Source of the DNA: an uncultured Chitinophagaceae bacterium
GTDB taxonomy: Bacteria; Bacteroidota; Bacteroidia; Chitinophagales; CAIOSU01
DNA length: 64,000 bases
Assembly (NCBI GenBank): GCA_964518215.1
Contig: CAZFFP010000007.1
Span: 1,121-65,120, forward strand
Direction of reading: 5' to 3'
In this document: positions 1 to 8,782 of the stretch, piece by piece
How positions within the stretch are numbered: position 1 is the stretch's first letter
How the letters are laid out: every line of letters begins with the position of its first letter
Position numbers and translations under genes: made by a program
Notes under the pieces: generated by a model
The model's input: only the letters and a program-made list of their open reading frames with translations
Databases searched by the model: none
Told to the model about the DNA's origin: nothing

Positions 1-456
1 ACCATTTAAGATTGCATCTATTTTGGTCTTTGTAAATTCGTCAAGCGTAACGGGTTGTATGCCCAATGCTTTGCTGTTAGTCCAACGTCTGAAGAACGGT
101 CCAATTTGTCGGTTAGTTTCTTTGGGTTCGCTACAACGCTCAAAAATTTTATCTAAACCCATTTCATAAAGTCGTCCGCAAATTCTGTTGATGGTTTTGG
201 GATTACGTTCAATTGACGATGCGTCTCGTTTTAAATATGCGATGTAGCTGTCCTTGATTGGGAAAAGGTCGAGTTTTAAAAGTTCTTTAATTAACGCTTC
301 GTTATTTTGTTTTTTAAATGCTTTTTCAATATTTGCCCAACGGTCGGTATTTAATTCTCTAATTCCTTCTGGAATAGTGGGATATACGTGGAACAAGTCG
401 TCCAAGTAACTTCTTTGATTAGCATATTCTATACTTAATTCTGTCCAATAATTCAT
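1..456 (-). CDS. hypothetical protein, N-terminal 152 codons only (gene runs off the left edge); tentatively XamI-like type II restriction endonuclease
   Basis: The minus-strand frame is open from ATG (456-454) to position 1. It is absent from the ORF track because it is truncated. Own translation: MNYWTELSIEYANQRSYLDDLFHVYPTIPEGIRELNTDRW...CSEPKETNRQIGPFFRRWTNSKALGIQPVTLDEF. The family guess rests only on recollection of a KETNRQ-G-x-F-x-x-W segment. Confidence 0.45.
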   Translation of the reverse strand, partial: MNYWTELSIEYANQRSYLDDLFHVYPTIPEGIRELNTDRWANIEKAFKKQNNEALIKELLKLDLFPIKDSYIAYLKRDASSIERNPKTINRICGRLYEMGLDKIFERCSEPKETNRQIGPFFRRWTNSKALGIQPVTLDEFTKTKIDAILNG

Positions 457-621
457 AGTTTCAAATGTAAGGAAAATTTCGTTTGGGTTATTCTGTTTTA
501 TGTCCAAAATGTCGGGTCGTAGCGGTCACCGATCATTGCACACAACTCCCAAATATACGAACTTTTACATCTTTTTATAATTCGTTTTCAATGTTATATA
601 TAGCAAGTGTTGGGGTTGAAA

Positions 622-674
622 AAATATCCAAAATGCGAAGGGGCTTTGTATGAAATAAATATCCAAAATGCGAA
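622..674. repeat. two perfect 18-bp direct repeats AAATATCCAAAATGCGAA (622-639 and 657-674) immediately 3' of the integrase gene
   Basis: Read directly from the sequence. A degenerate third copy TGTCCAAAATGTCG lies at 501-514. Confidence 0.8.
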
Positions 675-682
675 TTCGGTAT

Positions 683-1744
683 TTACAACATGTCCAATGG
701 GCTTTTAACCTTCTTCAAATCTTTTTTGCCTACTTGAGCATATATAAGTGTGGTTTTTATATCGTTGTGTCCCAGTAGCTTTTGAATATGGCTAATATCG
801 GTTCCATTTTCCAATAAATGGGTAGCAAAGCTATGCCGAAGGCTGTGTATCCCTACCGGCTTATTGATACGCGCTTTCTTCATGGCATCCTTAAATACTT
901 TTTGAATGCTGCGCAGGCTGTATGGTCCGCCATGTTGTCCTTCAAACAAATACTCTTTAGGCTTGTAGGTTTTGAAATATGATCGCAGTTGTTCCAGCAC
1001 CGATTCGGGCAGATTTACATATCTGTCTTTTTTTCCTTTTGCCCGCTCCACCAACACCTGCATGTTTTTGCTGTCAATATCGGTCAATTTTAAGTTTGCC
1101 ACTTCCGACACTCTCAGGCCCATGCCATAACAAAGTTTCAGCATGGTGTTGTGTTTCAGGTTAGTGGTTACTTCAAGCATTTTCTTAATGTCGTTAGCAT
1201 TTATAACCTTGGGGAGTTGAGATGGTTTTTTAGGTCGGGGAATTTCAATAAATATTTTCTGTCTTTTCAAAACCTGTTCGAAGTAAAACTTAATAGCATT
1301 AAACCGGCTGTTCAGTTGGTTTTCAGTAATTTTTAAATCTCTGATACAATAGAGCATATAACCTTTAATGTCGTCTACATTTAGGTCGTTCACATTTTTG
1401 TCCTCAATAGCATATAACAACTGCGCAAATTCATTGCGGTAAGTTTTTAATGTGTTGAGACTGTATTTTTTAAGTTCAAGGTGGTCAATTAATTGCTGTA
1501 AAGCTTGTTGATTTGCCGGATGAATTTTCATCAGCATTCGCTTGCCGGTTTGTCGGGGAGGCAAGTTAAATTTTGTTCTGAAATAATCATTGTCGGTTAC
1601 ATACCAAGCATTGTTTTGCCGACTCCATTTGGCACCCGGTAGTTGTTTCACGCGCTCAATCAGATGCTTATCGTAATCGAACTTTATGAAAATGACATCT
1701 TTATTATTGTGAACACCCGGAACGAAAGAAATTTTTTGATTCAT
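683..1744 (-). CDS. tyrosine-type site-specific recombinase/integrase
   Basis: 353-aa ORF. The C-terminal catalytic region is typical of tyrosine recombinases: GLRVSEVANL (Arg I), HSLRHSFATHLLENG (H-x-x-R) and LLGHNDIKTTLIYAQV (His plus nucleophilic Tyr). Confidence 0.9.
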   Translation of the reverse strand: MNQKISFVPGVHNNKDVIFIKFDYDKHLIERVKQLPGAKWSRQNNAWYVTDNDYFRTKFNLPPRQTGKRMLMKIHPANQQALQQLIDHLELKKYSLNTLKTYRNEFAQLLYAIEDKNVNDLNVDDIKGYMLYCIRDLKITENQLNSRFNAIKFYFEQVLKRQKIFIEIPRPKKPSQLPKVINANDIKKMLEVTTNLKHNTMLKLCYGMGLRVSEVANLKLTDIDSKNMQVLVERAKGKKDRYVNLPESVLEQLRSYFKTYKPKEYLFEGQHGGPYSLRSIQKVFKDAMKKARINKPVGIHSLRHSFATHLLENGTDISHIQKLLGHNDIKTTLIYAQVGKKDLKKVKSPLDML

Positions 1745-1898
1745 ATCAAGCTGTTTTAAACTGCCATACTTTTTTCACACACAATAAAATTAAAGCGAAA
1801 TATTTCTTTTTCCCATCTGTTAAATATTCCTTTTCCCTTGCTCCCTCTGCACAAAATCTTGGTTTCGTTCGTTAATAGGTTGTAATTTAGGGCTTCGT

Positions 1899-4800
1899 AT
1901 GATGAGGGCAGAAGAAAACTATAGTCAGTTAATCAAAAAATTAGACCACTTCATTCGTAAATACTACCTCAACCGCTTGGTGAGAGGGGTCATCTACGGA
2001 GGCGCTATTATCGTGTCTTATTTCATCATCATCAATCTGTTAGAATACTTTTTCTTTCTTTCTACTACCGGAAGAAAAATTCTGTTTTACAGTTTTGTGG
2101 GCGCAGGCGCATTGGTGTTTTACAATTTTATTTTGTTGCCCGTTTTACATTTTGCCCGCATCGGCAAAGTAATTTCTTATGAGCAGGCGGCAAAAATTTT
2201 AGGCACACACTTCAAAGAAGTTAGCGACCGCCTCACCAATATTCTGCAATTGAAACAACAGGCTTCCGGCTCACGAGAACACTTGTTGCTCATGGCGAGC
2301 ATAGACCAAAAGATTCAGCAAGTAAGCCCCGTTTCGTTTGTGTCGGCAATTGATTTGAGCGAAAACCGAAAGTATCTCAAATACCTGTTGCTGCCATTGT
2401 TCGTGTTGCTTGCCATTTATTTTTATTCTTCCGACATCATTAAAGAAAGCTCCAAACGATTGCTTTACAACAATACTGTGTTTGAAAAACCCGCACCCTT
2501 CAAATTTCATCTGACCAACGAAAAGCTTACTGCCGTTCAGTTTGAAGATTATGTGCTCGAGCTGAACATTAAGGGCGATATACTTCCGCAGGAAGTGCAT
2601 TTGAATATTGACGGCTACGCCTACAAAATGACTAAGGATGCGCCTTCGGTTTTTAAATACACCATCAGCAATGTGCAGAAAGACCATCAGTTTTATTTCA
2701 CAGCCGGAGGATTCAATTCCAAAGGCTACCACTTGCACGTTATTCCCAAACCTTTGATTTCGGGCTTCAGTGTGGCGCTCAGCTATCCTAAATACACCGG
2801 CAAGCAAAACGAAACATTGCAAAACATTGGCGACCTCACTATTCCTGCCGGCACCGAAGCGCAGTGGGTTTTCAATACCAAAAACACCGAGCAGGTGCGC
2901 ATGAAATTTGGCGAAAATGAGCCGCAGTGGTTAAGCAAGCAAAAGAATGAATTTTCGTTTGCCGATAGATTTTTAGAAAGCAGCAATTATCAGATTAAAG
3001 TTTCGGGCGCAGAACTTCCCGAAGGCGATTCTGTGTTCTATTCCGTCAATGTCATCCCCGACCAGTATCCGTCTATTTTTGTTCAGGAATTTCGCGACAG
3101 CGCACTCAATCAATACATCTACTTTTCGGGCGATGTTTCTGACGATTACGGGTTGTCGAAACTGTTGCTGAAATATAAAATTATTCCCGAAGGCGCTAAC
3201 GACAACGATGAAGGATATATGTTTGAAAACGTAACGTTGAATCGCGGCAGCCGTCAATCCACCTTTAACCATTATTGGAATTTGAGTAAAGTGGATGCTC
3301 CTGCGGGTGCGCGCCTGGTCTATTTCCTCGAAGTGTGGGACAACGATGGCGTGAACGGCAGCAAGTCCACGCGCTCCACCCACATGTTGCTCGAAAAGCC
3401 CAGCGAAAACGAATTGCAAAAACTTGCCGACAAAAGCAGCGAGCAAGTGAAAGATCAGATGGCTTCTTCGCTTCAGAAAGCCAACGAACTGAAAAAAGAA
3501 CTGGAAAACATTAAGCAAAAAACCATCGAGAAAAAACAATTGGAATGGGAAGACAAGAAAGCCATTGAAAAAGTAATTGAAAAACAGAAGTCGCTCGAAA
3601 ACGATTTGGAACAACTGCAAAAAGAGATGAATAAAAACATGTCTATGCAGAACGAAAATAAAAACCGCTCTGAAGACGTGATGAAGAAGCAGCAACAATT
3701 GCAGAAAATGATGAACGACATTATGAGCGATGAAATGAAACAGTTGTTTGAAAAACTCGAATCTCTTTTAGACCAGTTAAACAAAAAAGATTTGTTGGAA
3801 AGCCTCGATGATTTCAAATTTTCGGAAGAGCAATTGGAAAAAGAATTAGACCGAATGTTGGCGCTGTTTAAAGCATTGGAATTTGAACAGAAAATGCGCG
3901 ACATGGCAGACAAAATGCAAAAGCTTGCCGAAGAGCAAAAACAACTGAGCGAGCAAACCAAAGACGCCAAAGCCGAACAGAAAGACGACCTGCTGAAACA
4001 GCAACAAGAAATCAACGAAAAATTTGAGCAGGCGAAAAAAGATATGGAGCAAATAAAAGAGTTGGGCAAAGAAGCCGAAATGCCTGCCGACTTTTCAAAA
4101 TCCGACCAACAACAACAAGACATCAGCAAAGACTTGAATCAGAGCGAACAAAGTCTGCAACAAAACCAAAACAAAAAAGCTTCTGAAAAACAAAAGGATG
4201 CTTCAGATAAAATGCAGGAAATGGCCGAACAACTTTCGGCTATGATGGACGACATGGAGATGGAAATGATGGAAGAAGACATGAAGGCGTTGCGCCAGTT
4301 GTTGAAGAATCTTATAACGCTTTCTTTAGAGCAGGAAGCCCTCATGGCTGAAGTGTTGAAAGTGAATACCAACGACCCTAAGTATATCACACAGATTCAA
4401 CAACAAAAAAGAATTAAAGACGACACCAAAATGGTGGAAGACAGTTTGTTCGCCTTAAGCAAGCGGGTGTTAGAGTTGCAGTCTTTCGTCAATAAGGAAA
4501 TTTCCGAATTGAATAAGCACATGGCAAAATCGCTCGAAAATTTGGAAGAGCGCAGAAAGCAATTAGCCGGTAAAGACCAGCAGTATATAATGACCGGATT
4601 CAACAATCTGGCATTAATGCTGAGTGAAGTAATGGAGCAAATGCAACAGCAAATGGCAAGCAAAATGGACGGCAACCAGATGTGTCAGAAAAAAGGCGGT
4701 GGTGGCGGCAAACCCAAGCCCAGCCTCGGACAGATGCAGCAGCAACTCAACGACAAAATGGACGAGTTGCAGCAACAAATGAAAAGCGGCAAGATGCCCG

Positions 4801-5249
4801 GCAAAGGAGAAATGAGTAAAGAAATGGCAGAGATGGCAGCCAAACAAGCCGCTATTCGCGATGCGGTGCGGAAACTGATGGAAGAAGAGGGCAAAAAAGA
4901 TAAAGACGGTGGCAAAGGCTTGGGTGGCGAATTGCAAAAACTCATGGACCAGATGGATAAAACCGAAACTGAGCTTGCCAACAAAAAATTTACCGAAGAA
5001 CTTATCAACAGGCAAAAAGATATTTTCACCAAACTTTTGGAGGCTGAGGAGTCAATCAGAAAGCGCGAGTGGGACGACAAAAGAGAGTCGCATTCCGCGC
5101 AGGACATACAGAATCAGTTGCCTCCATCGTTAGAAGAATACCTTAAAAGGCGCGATTCGGAGATTCAAAATTACAAGACCGTTCCGCCCTCTTTAAAACC
5201 TTATTATAAACAACTCGTAGAATCTTATTTTAAGAACATGAGTTTTTAA
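1899..5249 (+). CDS. DUF4175-like membrane protein with very long E/K/Q-rich coiled-coil region
   Basis: 1116-aa ORF. It has N-terminal TM helices (GVIYGGAIIVSYFIIINLLEYFFF, ILFYSFVGAGALVFYNFILLPVL). A charged low-complexity coiled coil of about 550 aa spans roughly 3400-5100. Size and architecture match the Bacteroidota DUF4175 family as I recall it. Confidence 0.8.
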   Translation: MMRAEENYSQLIKKLDHFIRKYYLNRLVRGVIYGGAIIVSYFIIINLLEYFFFLSTTGRKILFYSFVGAGALVFYNFILLPVLHFARIGKVISYEQAAKILGTHFKEVSDRLTNILQLKQQASGSREHLLLMASIDQKIQQVSPVSFVSAIDLSENRKYLKYLLLPLFVLLAIYFYSSDIIKESSKRLLYNNTVFEKPAPFKFHLTNEKLTAVQFEDYVLELNIKGDILPQEVHLNIDGYAYKMTKDAPSVFKYTISNVQKDHQFYFTAGGFNSKGYHLHVIPKPLISGFSVALSYPKYTGKQNETLQNIGDLTIPAGTEAQWVFNTKNTEQVRMKFGENEPQWLSKQKNEFSFADRFLESSNYQIKVSGAELPEGDSVFYSVNVIPDQYPSIFVQEFRDSALNQYIYFSGDVSDDYGLSKLLLKYKIIPEGANDNDEGYMFENVTLNRGSRQSTFNHYWNLSKVDAPAGARLVYFLEVWDNDGVNGSKSTRSTHMLLEKPSENELQKLADKSSEQVKDQMASSLQKANELKKELENIKQKTIEKKQLEWEDKKAIEKVIEKQKSLENDLEQLQKEMNKNMSMQNENKNRSEDVMKKQQQLQKMMNDIMSDEMKQLFEKLESLLDQLNKKDLLESLDDFKFSEEQLEKELDRMLALFKALEFEQKMRDMADKMQKLAEEQKQLSEQTKDAKAEQKDDLLKQQQEINEKFEQAKKDMEQIKELGKEAEMPADFSKSDQQQQDISKDLNQSEQSLQQNQNKKASEKQKDASDKMQEMAEQLSAMMDDMEMEMMEEDMKALRQLLKNLITLSLEQEALMAEVLKVNTNDPKYITQIQQQKRIKDDTKMVEDSLFALSKRVLELQSFVNKEISELNKHMAKSLENLEERRKQLAGKDQQYIMTGFNNLALMLSEVMEQMQQQMASKMDGNQMCQKKGGGGGKPKPSLGQMQQQLNDKMDELQQQMKSGKMPGKGEMSKEMAEMAAKQAAIRDAVRKLMEEEGKKDKDGGKGLGGELQKLMDQMDKTETELANKKFTEELINRQKDIFTKLLEAEESIRKREWDDKRESHSAQDIQNQLPPSLEEYLKRRDSEIQNYKTVPPSLKPYYKQLVESYFKNMSF

Positions 5250-5280
5250 TCAGAAAATTTTATATTAGCACACTTTTTCT

Positions 5281-5694
5281 ATGACGGGCGTAGCACAACA
5301 AAGTTTTAAAATCGAAATCTCATCCAGACCTGAGAACATCACACTGGTGGAGCAGTTCGTTGATGACCTGAAAGAAAGCCTTCAGATTTCTGACGACTTG
5401 TATGGTCATTTGCTCATTTGCCTCACCGAAGCGGTGAACAATTCCATCATTCACGGAAACGAGTCGGACCCTAACAAGAAGGTTTTGATTTCCGCAAGCA
5501 AGGAAGATAACCGTTTCTCGTTTGTTGTAAAAGACGAAGGCAATGGTTTCGACTACAACTCCCTCCCCGACCCAACCGACCCGGCAAATCTGCACAAGCT
5601 CACCGGAAGAGGCGTGTTTCTTATGAAACAACTTTCCGACTTGCTCATTTTTTCACAAGGCGGCAGCCAGGTGGAAATGCAGTTTAAGGCTTGA
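5281..5694 (+). CDS. RsbW-like anti-sigma regulatory factor / GHKL ATPase (HATPase_c_2)
   Basis: 137 aa. N-box-like LTEAVNNSIIHGN, G-boxes DEGNGF and TGRGVFLMKQLSD. Confidence 0.75.
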   Translation: MTGVAQQSFKIEISSRPENITLVEQFVDDLKESLQISDDLYGHLLICLTEAVNNSIIHGNESDPNKKVLISASKEDNRFSFVVKDEGNGFDYNSLPDPTDPANLHKLTGRGVFLMKQLSDLLIFSQGGSQVEMQFKA

Positions 5695-5755
5695 GGTGTT
5701 GTCGCTAAGTGCAGCGTTTCTTTTTCGCTAATTTTGTTCAGCATAAATTTTTATC

Positions 5756-5983
5756 ATGAACAATTATGAACAATACATTTCCATTACTCCCGAAGTTCGT
5801 TTTGGCAAGCCCTGTATAAAAGGATCCCGAATCGCTGTAGTTGATATTTTACAATGGCTGGCATCAGGCATGAGCCACGAAGAAATACTTTCTGATTTCC
5901 CTTCTTTGAAAGATGAGCATATTTGGGCAGCTCTTATTTTTGCAGCACACAGAGAAATGCTCACTAAAGTGTCTGCCGCGTAA
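5756..5983 (+). CDS. DUF433 domain protein (antitoxin-like)
   Basis: 75 aa. RFGKPCIKGSRIAVVDILQWLASGMSHEEILSDFPSLKDEHIWAAL is the typical DUF433 pattern. Confidence 0.8.
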   Translation: MNNYEQYISITPEVRFGKPCIKGSRIAVVDILQWLASGMSHEEILSDFPSLKDEHIWAALIFAAHREMLTKVSAA

Positions 5984-5984
5984 A

Positions 5985-6335
5985 ATGGATTTGCCTAAAC
6001 TTTTTTTTCACGCAAATATCTCGTGGACAATTACATCAGAGGTTCAAATATTTTTCCCAGACTGTGAGCATGTTTCAAAAACTGATTTGCCCGAGAATGC
6101 AAGCGATATTTCTATTTGGAATAATTCTCTAACAAACAATTATTGTATCGTAACCGTAACCAACGATGAATATTTTTATTTGCTTTCCATGCAAAAGGGC
6201 TTTCCTCCGAAAATAATATTATTGAGAACCGGAAACCAAAGCACTACATTTATTGCTGATACTTTTTTATCAAGACAAAATCAAATCATCAGTTTTCTTG
6301 GTAACACTGAGTTTGGAATATTTGAAATATACTAA
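5985..6335 (+). CDS. DUF5615-like PIN/Mut7-C-type putative toxin
   Basis: I take the in-frame ATG at 5985, 1 nt after the DUF433 stop, rather than the track start at 5913. MDLPKLFFHANISW...FPDCEHVSK...IVTVTNDEYF...GFPPKIILLRTGNQS resembles DUF5615 proteins, which pair with DUF433. Confidence 0.65.
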   Translation: MDLPKLFFHANISWTITSEVQIFFPDCEHVSKTDLPENASDISIWNNSLTNNYCIVTVTNDEYFYLLSMQKGFPPKIILLRTGNQSTTFIADTFLSRQNQIISFLGNTEFGIFEIY

Positions 6336-6358
6336 GAGAATATCTAATTGTTTATCAC

Positions 6359-6790
6359 ATGGTTTCTTTTGTTTGTCAGAATAGTGCCGCTTTCAAATTT
6401 AGAAACAAGAGAAAAATTTCTTCTTGGCTTCGCTCTGTCGCCCAGTCAGAAAACAAAAGCCTTGCAAATATTCAATACACTTTTTGCGATGACGAAGAAA
6501 TTCTTCGCCTCAATAAGCAATACCTTAATCACGATTATTATACAGATATTATAACATTTGATTATTCACAAGAGCATGATTTACACGGAGAAATGTTTAT
6601 TTCCACAGATACAGTAGCTACTAATGCCTCCAAACTTAAAGTTTCTTTTGAAGCAGAATTGCACCGCGTTATTGTTCACGGGCTGCTTCATTTAATAGGA
6701 TATAACGATAAAACTAAAAAGCTACAATTGGAGATGAGAGCAAAGGAAGATTTTTATCTGAATGAATTATCGAAACAGCTTAATGTCTAA
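6359..6790 (+). CDS. ybeY: rRNA maturation RNase YbeY
   Basis: 143 aa with the zinc-binding signature HGLLHLIGYND. Confidence 0.9.
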   Translation: MVSFVCQNSAAFKFRNKRKISSWLRSVAQSENKSLANIQYTFCDDEEILRLNKQYLNHDYYTDIITFDYSQEHDLHGEMFISTDTVATNASKLKVSFEAELHRVIVHGLLHLIGYNDKTKKLQLEMRAKEDFYLNELSKQLNV

Positions 6791-6802
6791 AATTTCTTTT
6801 CT

Positions 6803-6816
6803 GTTTCACGTGAAAC
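6803..6816. promoter_or_regulatory. perfect 14-bp palindrome GTTTCACGTGAAAC in the ybeY-mnmG spacer
   Basis: Read directly from the sequence. The same palindrome recurs at 10267-10280. Confidence 0.4.
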
Positions 6817-6916
6817 GCAACAGCCCCAAATCAATCATTAACTTTGCACGAGGGAGAGGACGAATAAAAAGTTTATTGTCTCACTACTCAATTCTCACTA
6901 CTCTATACTTAACACA

Positions 6917-8782
6917 ATGTTTAAAGAATACGATGTCATAGTGGTTGGTGCCGGACATGCCGGATGTGAGGCTGCTGCCGCTGCTGCCAATATGGGCGCG
7001 TCTGTGCTGTTAATTACCATGAATATGCAAACCATCGCTCAGATGTCGTGCAACCCCGCTATGGGAGGCGTGGCAAAAGGGCAGATTGTGCGCGAAATTG
7101 ACGCCATGGGCGGCTATTCTGGCATTGTCAGCGACAAGTCCGCTATTCAATTCCGCATGTTGAACCGCTCTAAAGGTCCCGCCATGTGGAGCCCACGCAC
7201 CCAAAACGACCGCATGTTGTTTGCTGCCGAATGGCGACAATTATTAGAAGAAACTCCAAACGTGGATTTTTGGCAGGAAATGGTGAGCGGGATTGTGGTA
7301 AAAGACGGCAAGGTTTGCGGGGTGAAAACCGGAATGGGATTAGAAATTCGAGCTAAAGCCGTTGTTCTGACTAACGGGACTTTCCTCAATGGAATCATTC
7401 ATATCGGAGAGAAGAATTTTGGCGGTGGCAGGGCTGGAGAAAAAGCCGCTCACGGCATTACTGAACAACTCATGGAAATAGGTTTCGAATCGGGAAGAAT
7501 GAAAACCGGAACCCCTCCTCGGGTGGATGGCAGAAGCCTGGATTATTCGAAAATGGATGAACAAATGGGTGATGAAAACCCCGGAAAGTTTTCTTTTCTG
7601 CCAGAATCGGCTTCTGTAAAAAACCAAAGAAGTTGTTTTATTACCTATACCAACGAAGAGGTTCATGATATTTTAAGGGAAGGTTTTGATAAATCGCCCA
7701 TGTTTAGTGGGCGTATCAAAGGCATTGGTCCGCGCTATTGCCCTTCTGTAGAAGACAAAATTGACCGATTTAGCGATAAAGACCGCCATCAGTTGTTTGT
7801 AGAGCCGGAAGGTTGGAATACGGTAGAAATATATGTCAACGGATTTTCTACTTCGTTGCCGGAAGATGTTCAATTTCGTGCTTTAAGTAAAGTGGCGGGT
7901 TTTGAAAATGTGAAGTTTTTCCGTCCCGGCTACGCCATTGAGTATGATTATTTTCCCCCTACTCAATTAACTCCTACGCTCGAAACAAAGTTGGTGAAAA
8001 ACCTCTTTTTTGCCGGACAAATCAATGGCACTACCGGATACGAAGAGGCGGCAGGACAGGGCTTGATGGCGGGCATTAATGCTTGTTTGGCGGTTCGCGA
8101 ACAAGAACCGTTTATTTTGAAAAGGTCTGATGCCTATATTGGTGTATTGATTGACGACCTGATTAATAAAGGCACCGAAGAGCCTTACCGTATGTTTACT
8201 TCCCGTGCCGAATACCGGGTTTTACTGCGTCAGGACAATGCCGATTTGAGGCTAACTCCCGTGGCGCACCAATTGGGCTTGGCAAATAAAAGCCGCATGA
8301 ATCGTGTAGAAGAGAAAATCAGCGCTATTGAAGCTATCAAAAAGCACTTTTTTCAGGAAAGTATCAGCCCCGTTGCCATTAATGGTTTTCTAGCGGGCAA
8401 GGAATCGGCTCCTATTGCTCAGAAAATGAAACTATACAATATTCTTTCGCGCCCGAATATTGAAATTCATGAATTAAGAACCGCTTTGCCCGAATTAGAC
8501 CGTTTTTTGTCCGTTTTCGACACAGAATTTATAGAAGAGGCTTCTATTCAGATGAAATATGATGGATATATTGCTAAGGAGCAGGTATTTGTAGATAAAA
8601 TGAAAAAAGTGGAAGAGGTATTGATTAAGCCTGATTTTGATTATGACCGGGTAAATTCGCTCTCCATGGAAGCCCGGCAGAAGCTGGCAAAAGTTCGTCC
8701 CCGCACGCTAGGTCAGGCAAGTCGCATCAGCGGGGTTACACCTTCAGATATTTCGGTTTTAATGGTCTATATGGGAAGATGA
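6917..8782 (+). CDS. mnmG: tRNA uridine 5-carboxymethylaminomethyl modification enzyme MnmG (GidA)
   Basis: 621 aa. FAD-binding VIVVGAGHAGCEAA, conserved GPRYCPS, and full-length GidA-like sequence throughout. Confidence 0.97.
   Translation: MFKEYDVIVVGAGHAGCEAAAAAANMGASVLLITMNMQTIAQMSCNPAMGGVAKGQIVREIDAMGGYSGIVSDKSAIQFRMLNRSKGPAMWSPRTQNDRMLFAAEWRQLLEETPNVDFWQEMVSGIVVKDGKVCGVKTGMGLEIRAKAVVLTNGTFLNGIIHIGEKNFGGGRAGEKAAHGITEQLMEIGFESGRMKTGTPPRVDGRSLDYSKMDEQMGDENPGKFSFLPESASVKNQRSCFITYTNEEVHDILREGFDKSPMFSGRIKGIGPRYCPSVEDKIDRFSDKDRHQLFVEPEGWNTVEIYVNGFSTSLPEDVQFRALSKVAGFENVKFFRPGYAIEYDYFPPTQLTPTLETKLVKNLFFAGQINGTTGYEEAAGQGLMAGINACLAVREQEPFILKRSDAYIGVLIDDLINKGTEEPYRMFTSRAEYRVLLRQDNADLRLTPVAHQLGLANKSRMNRVEEKISAIEAIKKHFFQESISPVAINGFLAGKESAPIAQKMKLYNILSRPNIEIHELRTALPELDRFLSVFDTEFIEEASIQMKYDGYIAKEQVFVDKMKKVEEVLIKPDFDYDRVNSLSMEARQKLAKVRPRTLGQASRISGVTPSDISVLMVYMGR

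Noticed and set aside
457-682. Search for a tRNA gene as the integration target next to the integrase, and for tRNA, rRNA or CRISPR elsewhere in intergenic gaps longer than 100 nt
   Set aside because: I saw no cloverleaf-compatible GC-rich stems and no regularly spaced repeats in any gap. A tRNAscan/Infernal run would be needed to exclude them formally.
2973-5107. Series of long minus-strand ORFs (241, 218, 83, 92, 133 and 140 aa) antisense to the DUF4175 gene
   Set aside because: They mirror the E/K/Q-rich low-complexity coding region. Their translations are Phe/Leu/Ser/Cys-rich nonsense, and the sense frame is a single uninterrupted 1116-aa ORF.
5913-5984. Upstream extension of the DUF5615-like ORF (track start 5913)
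   Set aside because: It would overlap the DUF433 gene by 71 nt. The in-frame ATG at 5985 gives the family-typical N-terminus and a tight TA-like junction.
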